DNA of 63,105 nt from positions 1-63,105 of the forward strand of contig DASWFZ010000008.1 in the NCBI GenBank assembly GCA_036393975.1, given 5' to 3'. Every line of letters begins with the position of its first letter. Position 1 is the first letter of the stretch. The stretch comes from a bacterium (GTDB taxonomy: Bacteria; Sysuimicrobiota; Sysuimicrobiia; Sysuimicrobiales; Kaftiobacteriaceae). Of the stretch, positions 36,669 to 46,921 are shown one piece after another. The notes under the pieces are model-generated. The model searched no databases. It was not told the origin of the DNA and worked only from the letters and a program-made list of their open reading frames with translations. A program made the position numbers and the translations under genes.

Positions 36669-37171
36669 ATCGCTTTTCCCCCTCGTCGGGTCTTGTGCGC
36701 TCCGCTGCGCGCCGGCCCAGCCCGTCCGGCCAGCTTGGCTTCCACGGCCGCAATCTTGTCCAGCCGCCGCTGATGGCGCCCTCCCTCAAAGGGAGTGTCC
36801 AGCCACATTTGGACGACGTCTTTGGCGACTTCGCTCCCCGTGATGCGTTGGCCGAGGGCGAGCACGTTCGCATCATTGTGGGCGCGGGCCAGGCGGGCCG
36901 TTGTCACATCATGGCACAGCGCGCACCGGATTCCCGGCACCTTATTCGCGACCATCGCCTCGCCATTGCCGGACCCGCCGAGCACGATGGCGCGCTCGCA
37001 CTCCCCTCGCCGCACCGCATCCGCCGCCTGCACGATGAAATCGGGGTAGTCCACCGGCTCTTCGGAGTGTGCACCGAAATCCCGCACTTCGTGCCCGAGC
37101 TCGCGGAGCAGTTGCTTAGCCTCCTCTTTCAGCCGGAACCCGGCATGGTCGCTCGCGATCGCAATCTTCAT
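36665..37171 (-). CDS. rpiB: Ribose-5-phosphate isomerase B
   Basis: [16 protein letters not shown] and [26 protein letters not shown]. The basic C-terminal tail overlaps the upp start by 4 nt. Confidence 0.9.
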   Translation of the reverse strand: MKIAIASDHAGFRLKEEAKQLLRELGHEVRDFGAHSEEPVDYPDFIVQAADAVRRGECERAIVLGGSGNGEAMVANKVPGIRCALCHDVTTARLARAHNDANVLALGQRITGSEVAKDVVQMWLDTPFEGGRHQRRLDKIAAVEAKLAGRAGPARSGAHKTRRGGKAI

Positions 37172-37175
37172 CGGC

Positions 37176-37844
37176 TCACAGACCCAATTCTCCCGCGGGG
37201 ATCGCTCCTTGGCGAACGAGGCGCGGAACACTCCCGGTCACATCGACCACCGTCGACTCCTGTCCGAGCGTCGCGCGACCGCCATCCAGCACGAGGTCCA
37301 CGCGGTCGCCCAGGTCCCACACGGCAAGTTGCGCGGTGATGGGCGCCGGCATGCCGTGGGAGTTCGCGCTGGTGCCGACGATGGGTGTGAGCATGGCACG
37401 CACAAGCGCGCGCGGAATGGGATGGGCCGGAACCCGTAATCCCACCGTCTCCCCGCCGCCCGCGACAGCCGGTGGGATGCGATCGGATCGGAGAAACACC
37501 AGCGTCAGTGCCCCTGGCCAAAAGCGGCTGATGAGGCGTTGCGCCGCCGCGTTCACGCCCCGTGCGTAGGTCTCCACCTGCATCGGATCGGCCAGCAAAA
37601 CCGGAAGTGGTTCGGTGGGGGGCCGACCTTTGATCTCGTAGATGCGTCGGACGGCATCTTCGTCGTCGATGCGGCAGCCGAGCCCGTAGACGGTGTCGGT
37701 GGGGAACACGATCGCCTGTCCCCGCCGAAGCGCTTCGATGGCCCGCCGGGGGACCTGCGAGTCTTCCCCTATCGCCCGAATAATCGGAACTGGACGTGGA
37801 TCGAAAGGCTGGAGGTTAGCAAAGGTGAGGCCGGAGTACGACAT
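37176..37844 (-). CDS. tsaC: L-threonylcarbamoyladenylate synthase (TsaC/YwlC/Sua5 family, single domain)
   Basis: GQAIVFPTDTVYGLGC, IYEIKGRP and GTSANSHG. Confidence 0.85.
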   Translation of the reverse strand: MSYSGLTFANLQPFDPRPVPIIRAIGEDSQVPRRAIEALRRGQAIVFPTDTVYGLGCRIDDEDAVRRIYEIKGRPPTEPLPVLLADPMQVETYARGVNAAAQRLISRFWPGALTLVFLRSDRIPPAVAGGGETVGLRVPAHPIPRALVRAMLTPIVGTSANSHGMPAPITAQLAVWDLGDRVDLVLDGGRATLGQESTVVDVTGSVPRLVRQGAIPAGELGL

Positions 37845-37893
37845 CGTCTACTAGTTCCGCCCGACCCTCCGGCGTCCCTCCGCAGGCTATCCT

Positions 37894-38847
37894 CTAACGG
37901 TGCCGCGTGGCGGCCACCACGCGCGGAATGCCGGCGTAGTCCGGCATGATCGAGACGTTGGCGTACCTCTGATCCTGCCGGACGGCGTCGGCGACGGCGT
38001 CGGCCTGACCGAAACCGACCTCCATCACTAGTAGCCCCGCCTCCGCCAGCCAACTTGGGGCCTCAGCGATAAGACGCCGGTGAACAGCCGTCCCCTCGCC
38101 GTCGACAAATACCGCCCCCGACGGCTCGAAATCGCGGATCTCGCGGGGGAGCCCCTCGCGCTGACCGCGGGACACGTACGGAGGATTGCTCACGACCACA
38201 TCCACACGTCCGGCCATGCCTACTGGCAGAGGGCTGAGCAGGTCGCCGTGGAGCCACCGGATCCGCCCATCGACCCCATGGCGCATCGCGTTACTCCGAG
38301 CCACCACGAGGGCGTCTTCCGAGATATCAATGGCGAACACTGCCGCCTCAGGCACAAAGTGCGCCACGCTCACGGCAATGCAGCCGCTGCCCGTCCCGAC
38401 GTCGACCACCACGAGGTCAGACCTGGGTGCCGTGCGGCGATCGCCCCCCTGACGGAACGCAACGTCTGCGGTTCGGACCGCGCTGATCACGTGCTCGACA
38501 AGTCCTTCGGTCTCCGGCCGAGGGATCATTACCCGTTCATCCACCATGAACGGCAGCCCCATGAACTCTCGCTGCCCAACGATGTAGTGCACGGGGCGAC
38601 CGGTGGCGCGTTCTTCCAGGAGCCGGCGATATCGGCTCCATGCCTCTGCTGACAGGGATTGCATCCATTGAATGTAGAGGCCCGCCCGATCCAGTCCGAG
38701 GACGTGGCGCAGGAGTACCTCGGCCTCAATCGCCGCCTCCGCACTGCCCGAAGCAGCAAGGTGCTCGCGCCCCCACAGGTACCCCTCGTGGATTGTCAGG
38801 ATGGGCGGATGGACCTGCGATTGATCGGGACGTTCTGCTCTGACCAC
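37894..38847 (-). CDS. prmC: Release-factor glutamine N5-methyltransferase
   Basis: VVDVGTGSGCIAVS and VVSNPPYV (NPPY). Confidence 0.85.
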   Translation of the reverse strand: MVRAERPDQSQVHPPILTIHEGYLWGREHLAASGSAEAAIEAEVLLRHVLGLDRAGLYIQWMQSLSAEAWSRYRRLLEERATGRPVHYIVGQREFMGLPFMVDERVMIPRPETEGLVEHVISAVRTADVAFRQGGDRRTAPRSDLVVVDVGTGSGCIAVSVAHFVPEAAVFAIDISEDALVVARSNAMRHGVDGRIRWLHGDLLSPLPVGMAGRVDVVVSNPPYVSRGQREGLPREIRDFEPSGAVFVDGEGTAVHRRLIAEAPSWLAEAGLLVMEVGFGQADAVADAVRQDQRYANVSIMPDYAGIPRVVAATRHR

Positions 38848-38856
38848 AGAGCTGAC

Positions 38857-39942
38857 TTACGGGGCCGCAGCTACGGCAGCAAATTCGGCGGAGGTAAGCG
38901 CTTGAATTAGCTCATCCAGGTCGCCATCCAGGACGGCGTCCAATCGATGTAGCGACAGACCGATACGGTGATCCGTCACACGATTCTGGGGGTAGTTGTA
39001 CGTGCGGACTTTCTCGCTGCGCTCCCCTGTGCCGACCTGCTGCTTACGCTGTTGGGCGATGGCCTGTTGCTGTCGGCGTACCTCCATCTCCAGAAGTTTT
39101 GCCCGCAAGATGCGCATGGCCTTTTCTCGATTCTGGTGCTGCGAGCGTTCGTCTTGGGTAGCAACCACTAGACCCGTGGGCAGGTGGCGAATGCGGACCG
39201 CGGTTTCGACCTTGTTGACGTTTTGTCCGCCCGCCCCGCCGGCACGGTAGGTGTCGACTTCGATCTCGTCCGGGCGGATCTGCACATCCACTTCCTCCGC
39301 CTCGGGGAGCACAGCGACCGTGGCCGTGGAAGTGTGGATCCGACCAGACGATTCGGTCACCGGCACCCGCTGGACGCGGTGCGCGCCGCTTTCGTACTTC
39401 AATCGGCGATACACCCCCTTCCCCTGGATGGCGAAGATGATCTCCTTGAACCCTCGTAGCGCCGTGGGGCTGCTCGCTAAGACTTCCACTTTCCAGCCCT
39501 TGCGCTCCGCGTACCGCGAGTACATCCGCAACAGTTCGCCGGCAAAAAGACTCGCCTCATCTCCCCCCGTTCCTGCGCGGATTTCCATGATAATGTTGCG
39601 ATCAGCGAGAGGATCTTTGGGCATTAGCAACTCGCGCAGCTTCGCCTCTAGCGTCTGCAGCTGAGCGCGAAGGCGAGTCTCCTCGGCCCGCGCCATCTCG
39701 CGCAGCTCCGAGTCTTGCTCGCCCTGAGCCATCGCCGCGGCTTCTTCCGCTTCCCGTGCCACGCGCTGGAACTCCCGAAACGTGGACACAGTCTCCGCAA
39801 GTGACGCCTGCTCACGCGCCAACTGCTGGAACCGGTCCGGGTTCGCTAGGACCTGGGGATCGGCCATGCCGCGGAGTAGTTCCTCGTGGCGGGCGGCGAG
39901 GGACTCTAGTTTGTCCAGCATGAGCGGCGTTTGAACTCCCAT
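38857..39942 (-). CDS. prfA: Peptide chain release factor 1
   Basis: [23 protein letters not shown] and [25 protein letters not shown] (GGQ). Confidence 0.92.
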   Translation of the reverse strand: MGVQTPLMLDKLESLAARHEELLRGMADPQVLANPDRFQQLAREQASLAETVSTFREFQRVAREAEEAAAMAQGEQDSELREMARAEETRLRAQLQTLEAKLRELLMPKDPLADRNIIMEIRAGTGGDEASLFAGELLRMYSRYAERKGWKVEVLASSPTALRGFKEIIFAIQGKGVYRRLKYESGAHRVQRVPVTESSGRIHTSTATVAVLPEAEEVDVQIRPDEIEVDTYRAGGAGGQNVNKVETAVRIRHLPTGLVVATQDERSQHQNREKAMRILRAKLLEMEVRRQQQAIAQQRKQQVGTGERSEKVRTYNYPQNRVTDHRIGLSLHRLDAVLDGDLDELIQALTSAEFAAVAAAP

Positions 39943-39951
39943 GGCACGTCC

Positions 39952-39957
39952 ATTATA
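39952..39957 (-). promoter_or_regulatory. TATAAT -10 hexamer 9 nt upstream of the prfA ATG
   Basis: The minus strand reads cggTATAATggacgtgccATG. There is no SD. The gap to the upstream gene is only 30 nt. Confidence 0.4.
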
Positions 39958-39972
39958 CCGAACGGGAGAAAA

Positions 39973-40944
39973 CTACGAGAGAGCTTCGGGCGAGGGTCCG
40001 GACGAGGGCGAGGCGTCGTCGCGTTCGAGCACTTCACGGAGGGCCCGCACGGCGACCTCAAGTTGCCGCTCGTCCGGCTCCTGGGTGGTCAGCCGCTGCA
40101 GCCACAGGCCGGGGACTACTACCGGACGAAGCCACGGGACGCGTGCGGCCGCGCGGATGAGCTCGTAACTGAGCCCCGCGACGAGCGGGAGGAGCGCGAT
40201 GCGAGAGACGAGACGGAGCGCAAGCGGGGGCCGTCCGAGAAACGAAAAGACAACGATCGCAATGATCATTACAATGAGCAGGAAACTTGTCCCGCACCGT
40301 ACGTGGAACCGGCTGAAGCCGCGGGCCGCCTCCGCCTGCAGCGGCGCTCCCGCTTCATAGGCATTCACCGCCTTGTGCTCGGCGCCGTGATACGCGAAGA
40401 CCCGGGCCACATCGGGTAAGCGGCCAATCCCGACGAGATAGCCGAGGAGGATCAACACGCGCAAGGCACCTTCGACCAGGTTCGATGCGAAAACACTTGG
40501 AAAGTACACGTCCAGCGATCGGATGACCGCAGCCGGCAGCACAAAAAACAGACCCAGGGCTACTCCCACCCCGACACTCACCGTCGCGGCGACTTGCCGA
40601 CCGGTGAGAGATGCCTGCGCTCCGCTGGCCAGACTAGCCGACAGCAGCAGCGCTTTGATGCCGATCGTGAGGGACTCATAGAGGGCGACACACCCCCGCA
40701 CGACGGGGACCCGCAACCAGCGGAAGTGCAATAGGAGGGAGGCATGCGGCTCAGTCAGCGCGCGAATCGCGCCGTCCGGACGGCGGACCGCGGTCGACGT
40801 CCACTGGGGGGACCGCATCATCACGCCTTCGATCACGGCCTGACCGCCGATCAGCAGACGTGTGCGCCCACCCGGGGGCAGACGTGTCTTCCGCTCAACT
40901 TCCTCCACCACGAATGTCAGGGGCTCTCTCCCCGGATAGGACAC
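39973..40944 (-). CDS. DUF1385 membrane protein (YqhQ-like), commonly linked to prfA/prmC
   Basis: IGGQAVIEGVMMRSP and YHGAEHKAVNAYE. Confidence 0.8.
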   Translation of the reverse strand: MSYPGREPLTFVVEEVERKTRLPPGGRTRLLIGGQAVIEGVMMRSPQWTSTAVRRPDGAIRALTEPHASLLLHFRWLRVPVVRGCVALYESLTIGIKALLLSASLASGAQASLTGRQVAATVSVGVGVALGLFFVLPAAVIRSLDVYFPSVFASNLVEGALRVLILLGYLVGIGRLPDVARVFAYHGAEHKAVNAYEAGAPLQAEAARGFSRFHVRCGTSFLLIVMIIAIVVFSFLGRPPLALRLVSRIALLPLVAGLSYELIRAAARVPWLRPVVVPGLWLQRLTTQEPDERQLEVAVRALREVLERDDASPSSGPSPEALS

Positions 40945-40946
40945 GG

Positions 40947-41528
40947 CTATCGTCCGCCCAGCACGACGTGGTGCAGGCGGCAGCGGGCTTCGTAGACCTC
41001 TTGCGCGCCCACCAAAATGACGGGGTCGGTGTACTTTGCAGGAGAACCATTCACCAGTCGTTGGGTGCGGCTGGCTGGAGCCCCGCAGACCATGCAGATG
41101 GCCTGCAGCTTGTCGACGGTTTCGGCCATCGCCATCAGCTGGGGCATGGCCCCAAAGGGCTCGCCCCGAAAGTCCAGGTCGAGGCCCGCTGCGATGACGC
41201 GGAGGCCACGGGCGGCGAGCTGTCCGGCCACGTTGGGCAATTTCTCATCAAGAAACTGGGCCTCATCCACCGCGACGACCGTCACGCCTGCCTGCAGATG
41301 AGTCAGAATCTCCTCGCTACGGGCGATGGGGACCGCCTCCAGGCGCGAGCCATCATGCGATGCGACCTGCCGCCGACCATACCGGTCGTCGAGTGCCGGT
41401 TTGAACACCTGCACGCGCTGCCGGGCGATCTGCGCGCGGCGCACCCGCCGGATCAGCTCCTCACTCTTTCCACTGAACATGCTGCCGCAGATGACCTCAA
41501 TGCGGCCTGCTGCCCGACCGCCGTCCAC
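40947..41528 (-). CDS. tdk: Thymidine kinase
   Basis: [22 protein letters not shown] and a C-terminal CMVCG...RC zinc motif. Confidence 0.9.
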   Translation of the reverse strand: MDGGRAAGRIEVICGSMFSGKSEELIRRVRRAQIARQRVQVFKPALDDRYGRRQVASHDGSRLEAVPIARSEEILTHLQAGVTVVAVDEAQFLDEKLPNVAGQLAARGLRVIAAGLDLDFRGEPFGAMPQLMAMAETVDKLQAICMVCGAPASRTQRLVNGSPAKYTDPVILVGAQEVYEARCRLHHVVLGGR

Positions 41529-41597
41529 GGCCCCACCCCAGAGAACAGGATTGAGTAAGGGACTGGTCTCCCGCCCGTCCGTCCCCCCTCAGACGAC

Positions 41598-41630
41598 AAC
41601 GGTGGGGGCAGCCCGGCCACCCCCACCGTT
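41598..41630 (-). terminator. Stem-loop downstream of rpmE (weak U-tract)
   Basis: An 11-bp perfect stem AACGGTGGGGG / CCCCCACCGTT lies 29 nt after the rpmE stop. Confidence 0.4.
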
Positions 41631-41658
41631 AATCTCTATTCTGGACCCGTCGAACGCG

Positions 41659-41862
41659 CTACACCTTTATCCCGTACTTCTTCGCAAACTTCTGGACCCG
41701 GCCTTCGGCATCAATAAACTTCCGCTCACCGGTGTAGAACGGGTGGCAGCGCGAACAGATCTCGACGCGGATCTCTTTTTTGGTCGACCCCGTCAAAAAC
41801 GTGTTGCCGCAGGCGCACGTTACTGTTGCCTGGTAGTACGCAGGATGGACTCCCTTTTTCAT
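41659..41862 (-). CDS. rpmE: Ribosomal protein bL31 (Zn-ribbon type)
   Basis: [10 protein letters not shown]...CACG...[10 protein letters not shown]. Confidence 0.9.
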   Translation of the reverse strand: MKKGVHPAYYQATVTCACGNTFLTGSTKKEIRVEICSRCHPFYTGERKFIDAEGRVQKFAKKYGIKV

Positions 41863-42045
41863 CTGGAACACCTCGGACGCCGCACGCTTCAAGCCCCGGC
41901 GTCAACTGACGCTCCTCGCCCCAAGCGAGGTCGCGCCGGAAAAGCCAGAGCATTGTAGCATGTGAGGACGCCCCGGACAACCGGCCCGTCATCTCACACG
42001 GGTCGGGGGAAGCGAGTCAGTTCGCTACCTGGTTCCGCTTGCAAC

Positions 42046-43383
42046 CTACAGGTATTTCATGGGGTTCAGGGGGATTCCGTTTGTCCGGATCTCGAAGTGG
42101 AGGTGGGGTCCTGTGGCATCCCCGGTCGAACCCACCAGGGCGATCACCTGCCCTGTCTCCACGATCTGCCCGATGGACGCGAGCAGCTTGGATGCGTGCC
42201 CATAGATTGTGCTGATGCCGTCGCCGTGGTCCACGACGACGAGCAGTCCATACCCAAAGTACCATCCCGCAAAGACGACGCGGCCATCCTTGGCCACCAG
42301 GATCGGCGAGCCGCGCGGGGCGGCGATATCGATCCCGTTGTGATGGCCGGTCAGGCGCCACCCAAAGCGGGACGTCAGCTGGCCGCGCACGGGCCACACG
42401 AAGTTCTGAGCGATGCTGACGACTCCCCGCGCGGCGGTGACACGCCTCAACACATCGAGTGCTCCACCTGGGATCGTCAATCGTTGCCCGGTATGGACCG
42501 AGGCGCTATCTGGGATCTCGTTGGCGTTCACGATCGCCTCCACCGGGAGCCCCGTCGCCTCAGCGATTTCCCACAGCGTCTCCCCTTCACGGACTCGCAC
42601 CGTGACGTGGCGGGTCGCGCCGATCGGCCGGGGCAATGCCTGCGCGGCGCCAGGCAGCAGACCACGCCCCGCGACGGAGATCTTCGGCGGGAACACCAGC
42701 TGCTGGCCGACCGCCAGGAGATCTTTGACACCGAGGCCGTTTGCGGCGGCGAGATCTTCTAGGGCAACGCCGCGGCTCTCGGCGATCCCCCACAGCGTCT
42801 GCCCTTCGGCCACGATGACGAAGGGTTCATTGAAAATCCCGGTGCGCCGAGAGACGAGCGCTGCTGACGTCCCCCGGAACCGAGGGCGGATGCCAGGGGG
42901 CGAATTCGACATCTTGGGGTCGATGGCAACCGGCAGCGACGGGGCCAAGGAGATGGTAGGAATCATCGCGCTGGAAACCAGGGTCTCGACGGCGTGCCTG
43001 TGAGCCTCGGCGGCATCCAAGAACGCCACGGAGTCCGTGGCCACGGGCCAGTCGGGAAGTTCTGACGCGGTAAACGCCGGAAGGAGCAAGAGGCCTAAGA
43101 CGACCAACTTGAGCCACGACCGCCGCACGCTCCGGGTCTTTATCGCCGTCTCGGTTCGTTCGGCTGGGCAAATCACAACGGGCGGCACGCGCGTGCCGAC
43201 ACTCGACGTCCTCCGTCTCCGACGCAAGGCATCGATTTTCTGCCCGAGCACCGAGGCCCGAGGACGCGCCCACGGCAGATGGCGCAGTGACCGACGGAGG
43301 GTGGGGCGAGCAAACACCTCGCCCCCTGGCCGCCTGCGCGTCATCCGCAGGACGTCGCGAAGTGCCATCGCCCTACTGGGCAT
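42046..43383 (-). CDS. LysM-domain M23 metallopeptidase (start uncertain: 43383, 43368 or 43344)
   Basis: Two LysM-like repeats (EGQTLWGIAESRGVALEDLAAANGL and EGETLWEIAEATGLPVEAIVNANEI) and an M23 core (HNGIDIAAPRGSPI...GDATGPHLHFEI). Confidence 0.8.
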   Translation of the reverse strand: MPSRAMALRDVLRMTRRRPGGEVFARPTLRRSLRHLPWARPRASVLGQKIDALRRRRRTSSVGTRVPPVVICPAERTETAIKTRSVRRSWLKLVVLGLLLLPAFTASELPDWPVATDSVAFLDAAEAHRHAVETLVSSAMIPTISLAPSLPVAIDPKMSNSPPGIRPRFRGTSAALVSRRTGIFNEPFVIVAEGQTLWGIAESRGVALEDLAAANGLGVKDLLAVGQQLVFPPKISVAGRGLLPGAAQALPRPIGATRHVTVRVREGETLWEIAEATGLPVEAIVNANEIPDSASVHTGQRLTIPGGALDVLRRVTAARGVVSIAQNFVWPVRGQLTSRFGWRLTGHHNGIDIAAPRGSPILVAKDGRVVFAGWYFGYGLLVVVDHGDGISTIYGHASKLLASIGQIVETGQVIALVGSTGDATGPHLHFEIRTNGIPLNPMKYL

Positions 43384-44635
43384 CCTCTTCGGCGCTCTTG
43401 ACGATGGACTTGAGGAATGCCTGGTTGTTGGCGGTCTTGCGCAGCCGGTCGAGGATTAACTCGGTCATCGCCACGGTGTCGAGCTGCTCCAGGCTCTTCC
43501 GCAGCACCCACACTTTGCGCAACTCGTCCTCCGTTAACAGCAGCTCCTCCCGCCGCGTGCTGCTCATCTTGATGTCGATGGCCGGGAAGGTCCGCCGCTC
43601 CTGGAGCTTACGGTTTAGGTGCATTTCCATGTTGCCGGTGCCCTTGAACTCTTCATAGATCACATCGTCCATCCGGCTGCCAGTGTCGATCAGCGCGGTG
43701 GCCACGATCGTGAGACTCCCGCCCTCCTCGATCTTCCGCGCGGCGCCGAAGAAGCGCTTGGGGCGGTGCAATGCGGCCGGATCCAGGCCTCCGGACAGCG
43801 TGCGGCCGGAGGGGGGGATGACCAGGTTGTTGGCGCGGGAGAATCGGGTGAGGCTGTCCAGCAGGATGACGACATCGCGCCCGCCTTCGACCAGGCGTTT
43901 GGCCCGCTCCAGGACCAGGTCGGCCACTTGAATGTGCTCCTCGGGGGGCCGGTCAAAAGTGGACGCCACCACCTCCGCCTCCACCGAGCGGCGCATGTCC
44001 GTGACTTCTTCGGGCCGCTCATCCAGCAGCAGCACCATGACGTAGATTTCCGGATAGTTGCCTACGACTGCCTGCCCGACCTTCTTCAGGATGGTGGTCT
44101 TGCCCGCCTTAGGTGGCGAGACGATCATCGCGCGCTGTCCCTTGCCAATCGGGGCGAATAAATCGATCATGCGTGTCGTGACGTCGCCGTCGCTCTCGAG
44201 CTTGATGCGTTCGTGCGGGAAGACCGGGGTGAGTCGTTCGAAATCGGGCCGGTTGCGCGCCTGCTCGGGATCCAATCCGTTGACGGCCTCGACCCGCAGT
44301 AGGGCGTAGTACTTCTCGTTGTCCTTGGGCGGCCGTACCTGGCCCAACACTTCGTCGCCCACACGCAACCCAAAGCGCTTGATCTGCGAGGGCGACACGT
44401 ATATGTCTTCCGCCCCCGGCAGGTAGCCCTCATGCCGGAGGAATCCATACCCTTCCGGCATGATCTCCAAGATGCCGGACCGGAACATCAAGCCAGATTG
44501 TTCGGTCTGGGCTTGCAGGATACGCATAATGAGTTCTTGCTTGCGATAGCGCTTTAAGTTGGCGATGTTGAGCTCCTTGGCCATGTCCTGGAGCTCCGCC
44601 ATTGTTTTGGTCTCTAGCTCAGCAATTGCCGTCAC
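43373..44635 (-). CDS. rho: Transcription termination factor Rho
   Basis: [35 protein letters not shown] and RFSRANN. Confidence 0.92.
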   Translation of the reverse strand: MTAIAELETKTMAELQDMAKELNIANLKRYRKQELIMRILQAQTEQSGLMFRSGILEIMPEGYGFLRHEGYLPGAEDIYVSPSQIKRFGLRVGDEVLGQVRPPKDNEKYYALLRVEAVNGLDPEQARNRPDFERLTPVFPHERIKLESDGDVTTRMIDLFAPIGKGQRAMIVSPPKAGKTTILKKVGQAVVGNYPEIYVMVLLLDERPEEVTDMRRSVEAEVVASTFDRPPEEHIQVADLVLERAKRLVEGGRDVVILLDSLTRFSRANNLVIPPSGRTLSGGLDPAALHRPKRFFGAARKIEEGGSLTIVATALIDTGSRMDDVIYEEFKGTGNMEMHLNRKLQERRTFPAIDIKMSSTRREELLLTEDELRKVWVLRKSLEQLDTVAMTELILDRLRKTANNQAFLKSIVKSAEEDAQ

Positions 44636-44742
44636 TGCCTATGCCCCCTCGGGTGCGGTATACCACCGTGTTTGTACAGGTAGACAGCGCCGTGGTCCCG
44701 CGATTCCGCCGTCGCCGGCGCGGGCCGGGTCGCCAATCCCCT

Positions 44743-45414
44743 CTACACTTTTGTCTTTCGCTGCTCGAGCGCAACCTGGAGTTGTCGCCAGTCGGACAAA
44801 AACCGTTCCTGCCCCTGGGCGGTCAGGGGGTGCGTGAAGAGCGCTGAGGCCACCTTGAATGGCATGGTGGCGATGTGCGCACCTGCAAGCGCGGCCTGGG
44901 TCACGTGGAGCGGGTGGCGCAGGCTGGAGGCGAGCACCTGCGTCGTGAACCCGTACGTCCGGTAGATCTGGACCGCCTCCCGAACCACCTGCATGCCATC
45001 TTGGCCGATGTCGTCCAGCCGGCCCAAGAACGGGCTCGCGAAGTACGCGCCGATCTTGGCGGCGAGCAATGCTTGATTCACAGAGAAAATCAGAGTGACA
45101 TTCACCCGGAGCCCCTCGCGCGCCAGCGTGGCGCCCGCGGTGATGCCGTCGGGCGTGGCCGGGACCTTTACGACGACGTTGGGGGCCCAGGTGGCATAGC
45201 CCCTACCCTGCGTAATCATCTCCTCCGCGCGGTCAGAGGTGGTTTCCACCGAGATTGGACCGCTCGTGATGGTGGCAATCTCTCGCACTACCGTGCGGTA
45301 GTCGGCCCCTTCCCGCGCGATGAGGGTGGGGTTGGTGGTGACCCCATCCAGGATGCCCCAACGATGCGCGTTGCGAATCTCCTCCACATTAGCGGTATCA
45401 AGAAAGAACTTCAT
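44743..45414 (-). CDS. tal: Transaldolase / fructose-6-phosphate aldolase (short TalC/MipB type)
   Basis: MKFFLDTANVEEIR...GVTTNPTLI...VVKVPAT. Confidence 0.9.
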   Translation of the reverse strand: MKFFLDTANVEEIRNAHRWGILDGVTTNPTLIAREGADYRTVVREIATITSGPISVETTSDRAEEMITQGRGYATWAPNVVVKVPATPDGITAGATLAREGLRVNVTLIFSVNQALLAAKIGAYFASPFLGRLDDIGQDGMQVVREAVQIYRTYGFTTQVLASSLRHPLHVTQAALAGAHIATMPFKVASALFTHPLTAQGQERFLSDWRQLQVALEQRKTKV

Positions 45415-45429
45415 CGGCGCATCCTCCGA

Positions 45430-46686
45430 TCAGTTGCCGGTCGCTTCGATGTAGGCCACGTCGCCCACGTCGCCGACTTTCAGGAACAGCAGGGCGTCGC
45501 CGGGCTTCAGCGCTGCAAGCTCCGTTGCGGCGTTGTTGCGGTACACGGCATGCGCTCGAGCCACGCGGTACGTGCGTTGAGCTTGTTTGAGATCCTCGAC
45601 CACGAGCAGAGTCGGCGTGCCCACTCGGATATCCTTCAACTTGCCCGCGGAGAAGTCATAGCGCTTGAGAGTATCCATGACCTTGTCGAGCGCCCAGGCG
45701 ATCTCCGCACGCGTCGCCGCTCGCGCCGGTCGGAACGTCTGATCAGGCAGGGCGCTAATAACGCCGCGCTCTAAGGCGACCCCGACTACACCGCGCAACG
45801 CGGGGGGGATCGCGTCGACATCGGTCACGGCGAGGGACTGTTGGGGCGTTTCACCCCAGCCGAGCACCCGCACGATGACGGCCGCTACATCCACCCGCGT
45901 GACGTCCTCCTTCGGGCGAAACGTGTTATCCGCATACCCAGGGAGGACTCCCCGGTACAACACGACCGAGAGCACCGTGGGAGAACTCTTGGTCGTTTGG
46001 ATCGCCTGGAGCTCATAGCGACCGGGAGGCACCGGTTCGTCGTTCTGATCGAGCTGCTTCCAGATGGTGTGGTACTCGAATGATTTCCCTGCAGCCAGCG
46101 TGATCGGCCCGTCCAACGGGCGGAACGCCAAACCCAGCGACCACCGGGCGACCTCTGCTCCCTCACCATTCTTGATGAGAAAATCGTACTGCTGCGAGTT
46201 CGCGAACTCGAATTTCACGTTCTCCTTGCCGGTGTTGGAGATGGTGAAGGTCAGTTGCACTGTGTCGTTGGGCCCATAGACCGTTTTGTCGGTGGCGAGT
46301 ACGTAAACCAGCGGGCCGGTGCGTACCTCTGCTTTTGTTGGTGACACCGTGCCCAGATTGGTCACGGCGGCGACCGCCGGTTGGGCATCCTTGGGAATCT
46401 CGGCCGCGTCTTTGAAATTAGGCAACGGCACCCCCTGGCCGGACAATGCCAGGACACGGGTCAGCAGCACGGAGAAGTCCGCCCGCGAGAGCGTGCCGGC
46501 CGGGGTGAATTTGTCATCCCCAAGCTTGAAGATGCCCTTGGCCGCCAGCCGCTCGATCGCTCGCTGCGCGGGCAGGCCCACCACGTCGCCGAAGATCGCC
46601 CCCGCCGCGGTCCCCGCGACGGCGGCCACCAGCAAGACGGCCGTCCACGCGCGCAGGTGCCAGCAGTGCTCTGTCTGTTTTCTCAT
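45430..46686 (-). CDS. SLH-domain cell-surface protein with a central BsuPI-like (protease-inhibitor fold) domain
   Basis: Signal/TM AWTAVLLVAAVAG. SLH-like repeats are AIERLAAKGIF...LSRADFSVLL, PGYADNTFRPKEDVTRVDVAAVIV and LPDQTFRPARAATRAEIAWAL. The centre reads YGPNDTVQLTFTISNTGKENVKFEFANSQQYDFLI. Confidence 0.75.
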   Translation of the reverse strand: MRKQTEHCWHLRAWTAVLLVAAVAGTAAGAIFGDVVGLPAQRAIERLAAKGIFKLGDDKFTPAGTLSRADFSVLLTRVLALSGQGVPLPNFKDAAEIPKDAQPAVAAVTNLGTVSPTKAEVRTGPLVYVLATDKTVYGPNDTVQLTFTISNTGKENVKFEFANSQQYDFLIKNGEGAEVARWSLGLAFRPLDGPITLAAGKSFEYHTIWKQLDQNDEPVPPGRYELQAIQTTKSSPTVLSVVLYRGVLPGYADNTFRPKEDVTRVDVAAVIVRVLGWGETPQQSLAVTDVDAIPPALRGVVGVALERGVISALPDQTFRPARAATRAEIAWALDKVMDTLKRYDFSAGKLKDIRVGTPTLLVVEDLKQAQRTYRVARAHAVYRNNAATELAALKPGDALLFLKVGDVGDVAYIEATGN

Positions 46687-46921
46687 CCTGTCTCCTCTAA
46701 ATCGTCTGCCAGTTGGGAAGGCCTGGTTGGTTATCCTATGTGACCGCCGGCGGGGTGGACTGGAATCACTCGGTACGCGCGACCAAAACCGGGGTTGAGT
46801 GCCGGCCGTCCGGGGTCTTGCTGTCTAGAGGCTCGTCGGGGACGCTTCGCCTCAGGGAAGAGAATCCCTGCCAGTCCCCTGGTCTCCTCCTATTATACCC
46901 CTAGTTGGCCACCCCTCGGCG

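Noticed and set aside
46838-46879. A ZTP (pfl)-riboswitch-like ACUGGC element in the leader of the SLH gene.
   Set aside because: There is only a short resemblance. The 3' pseudoknot consensus CCGCCUGGGC is absent, and the downstream gene is unrelated to purine or folate metabolism.
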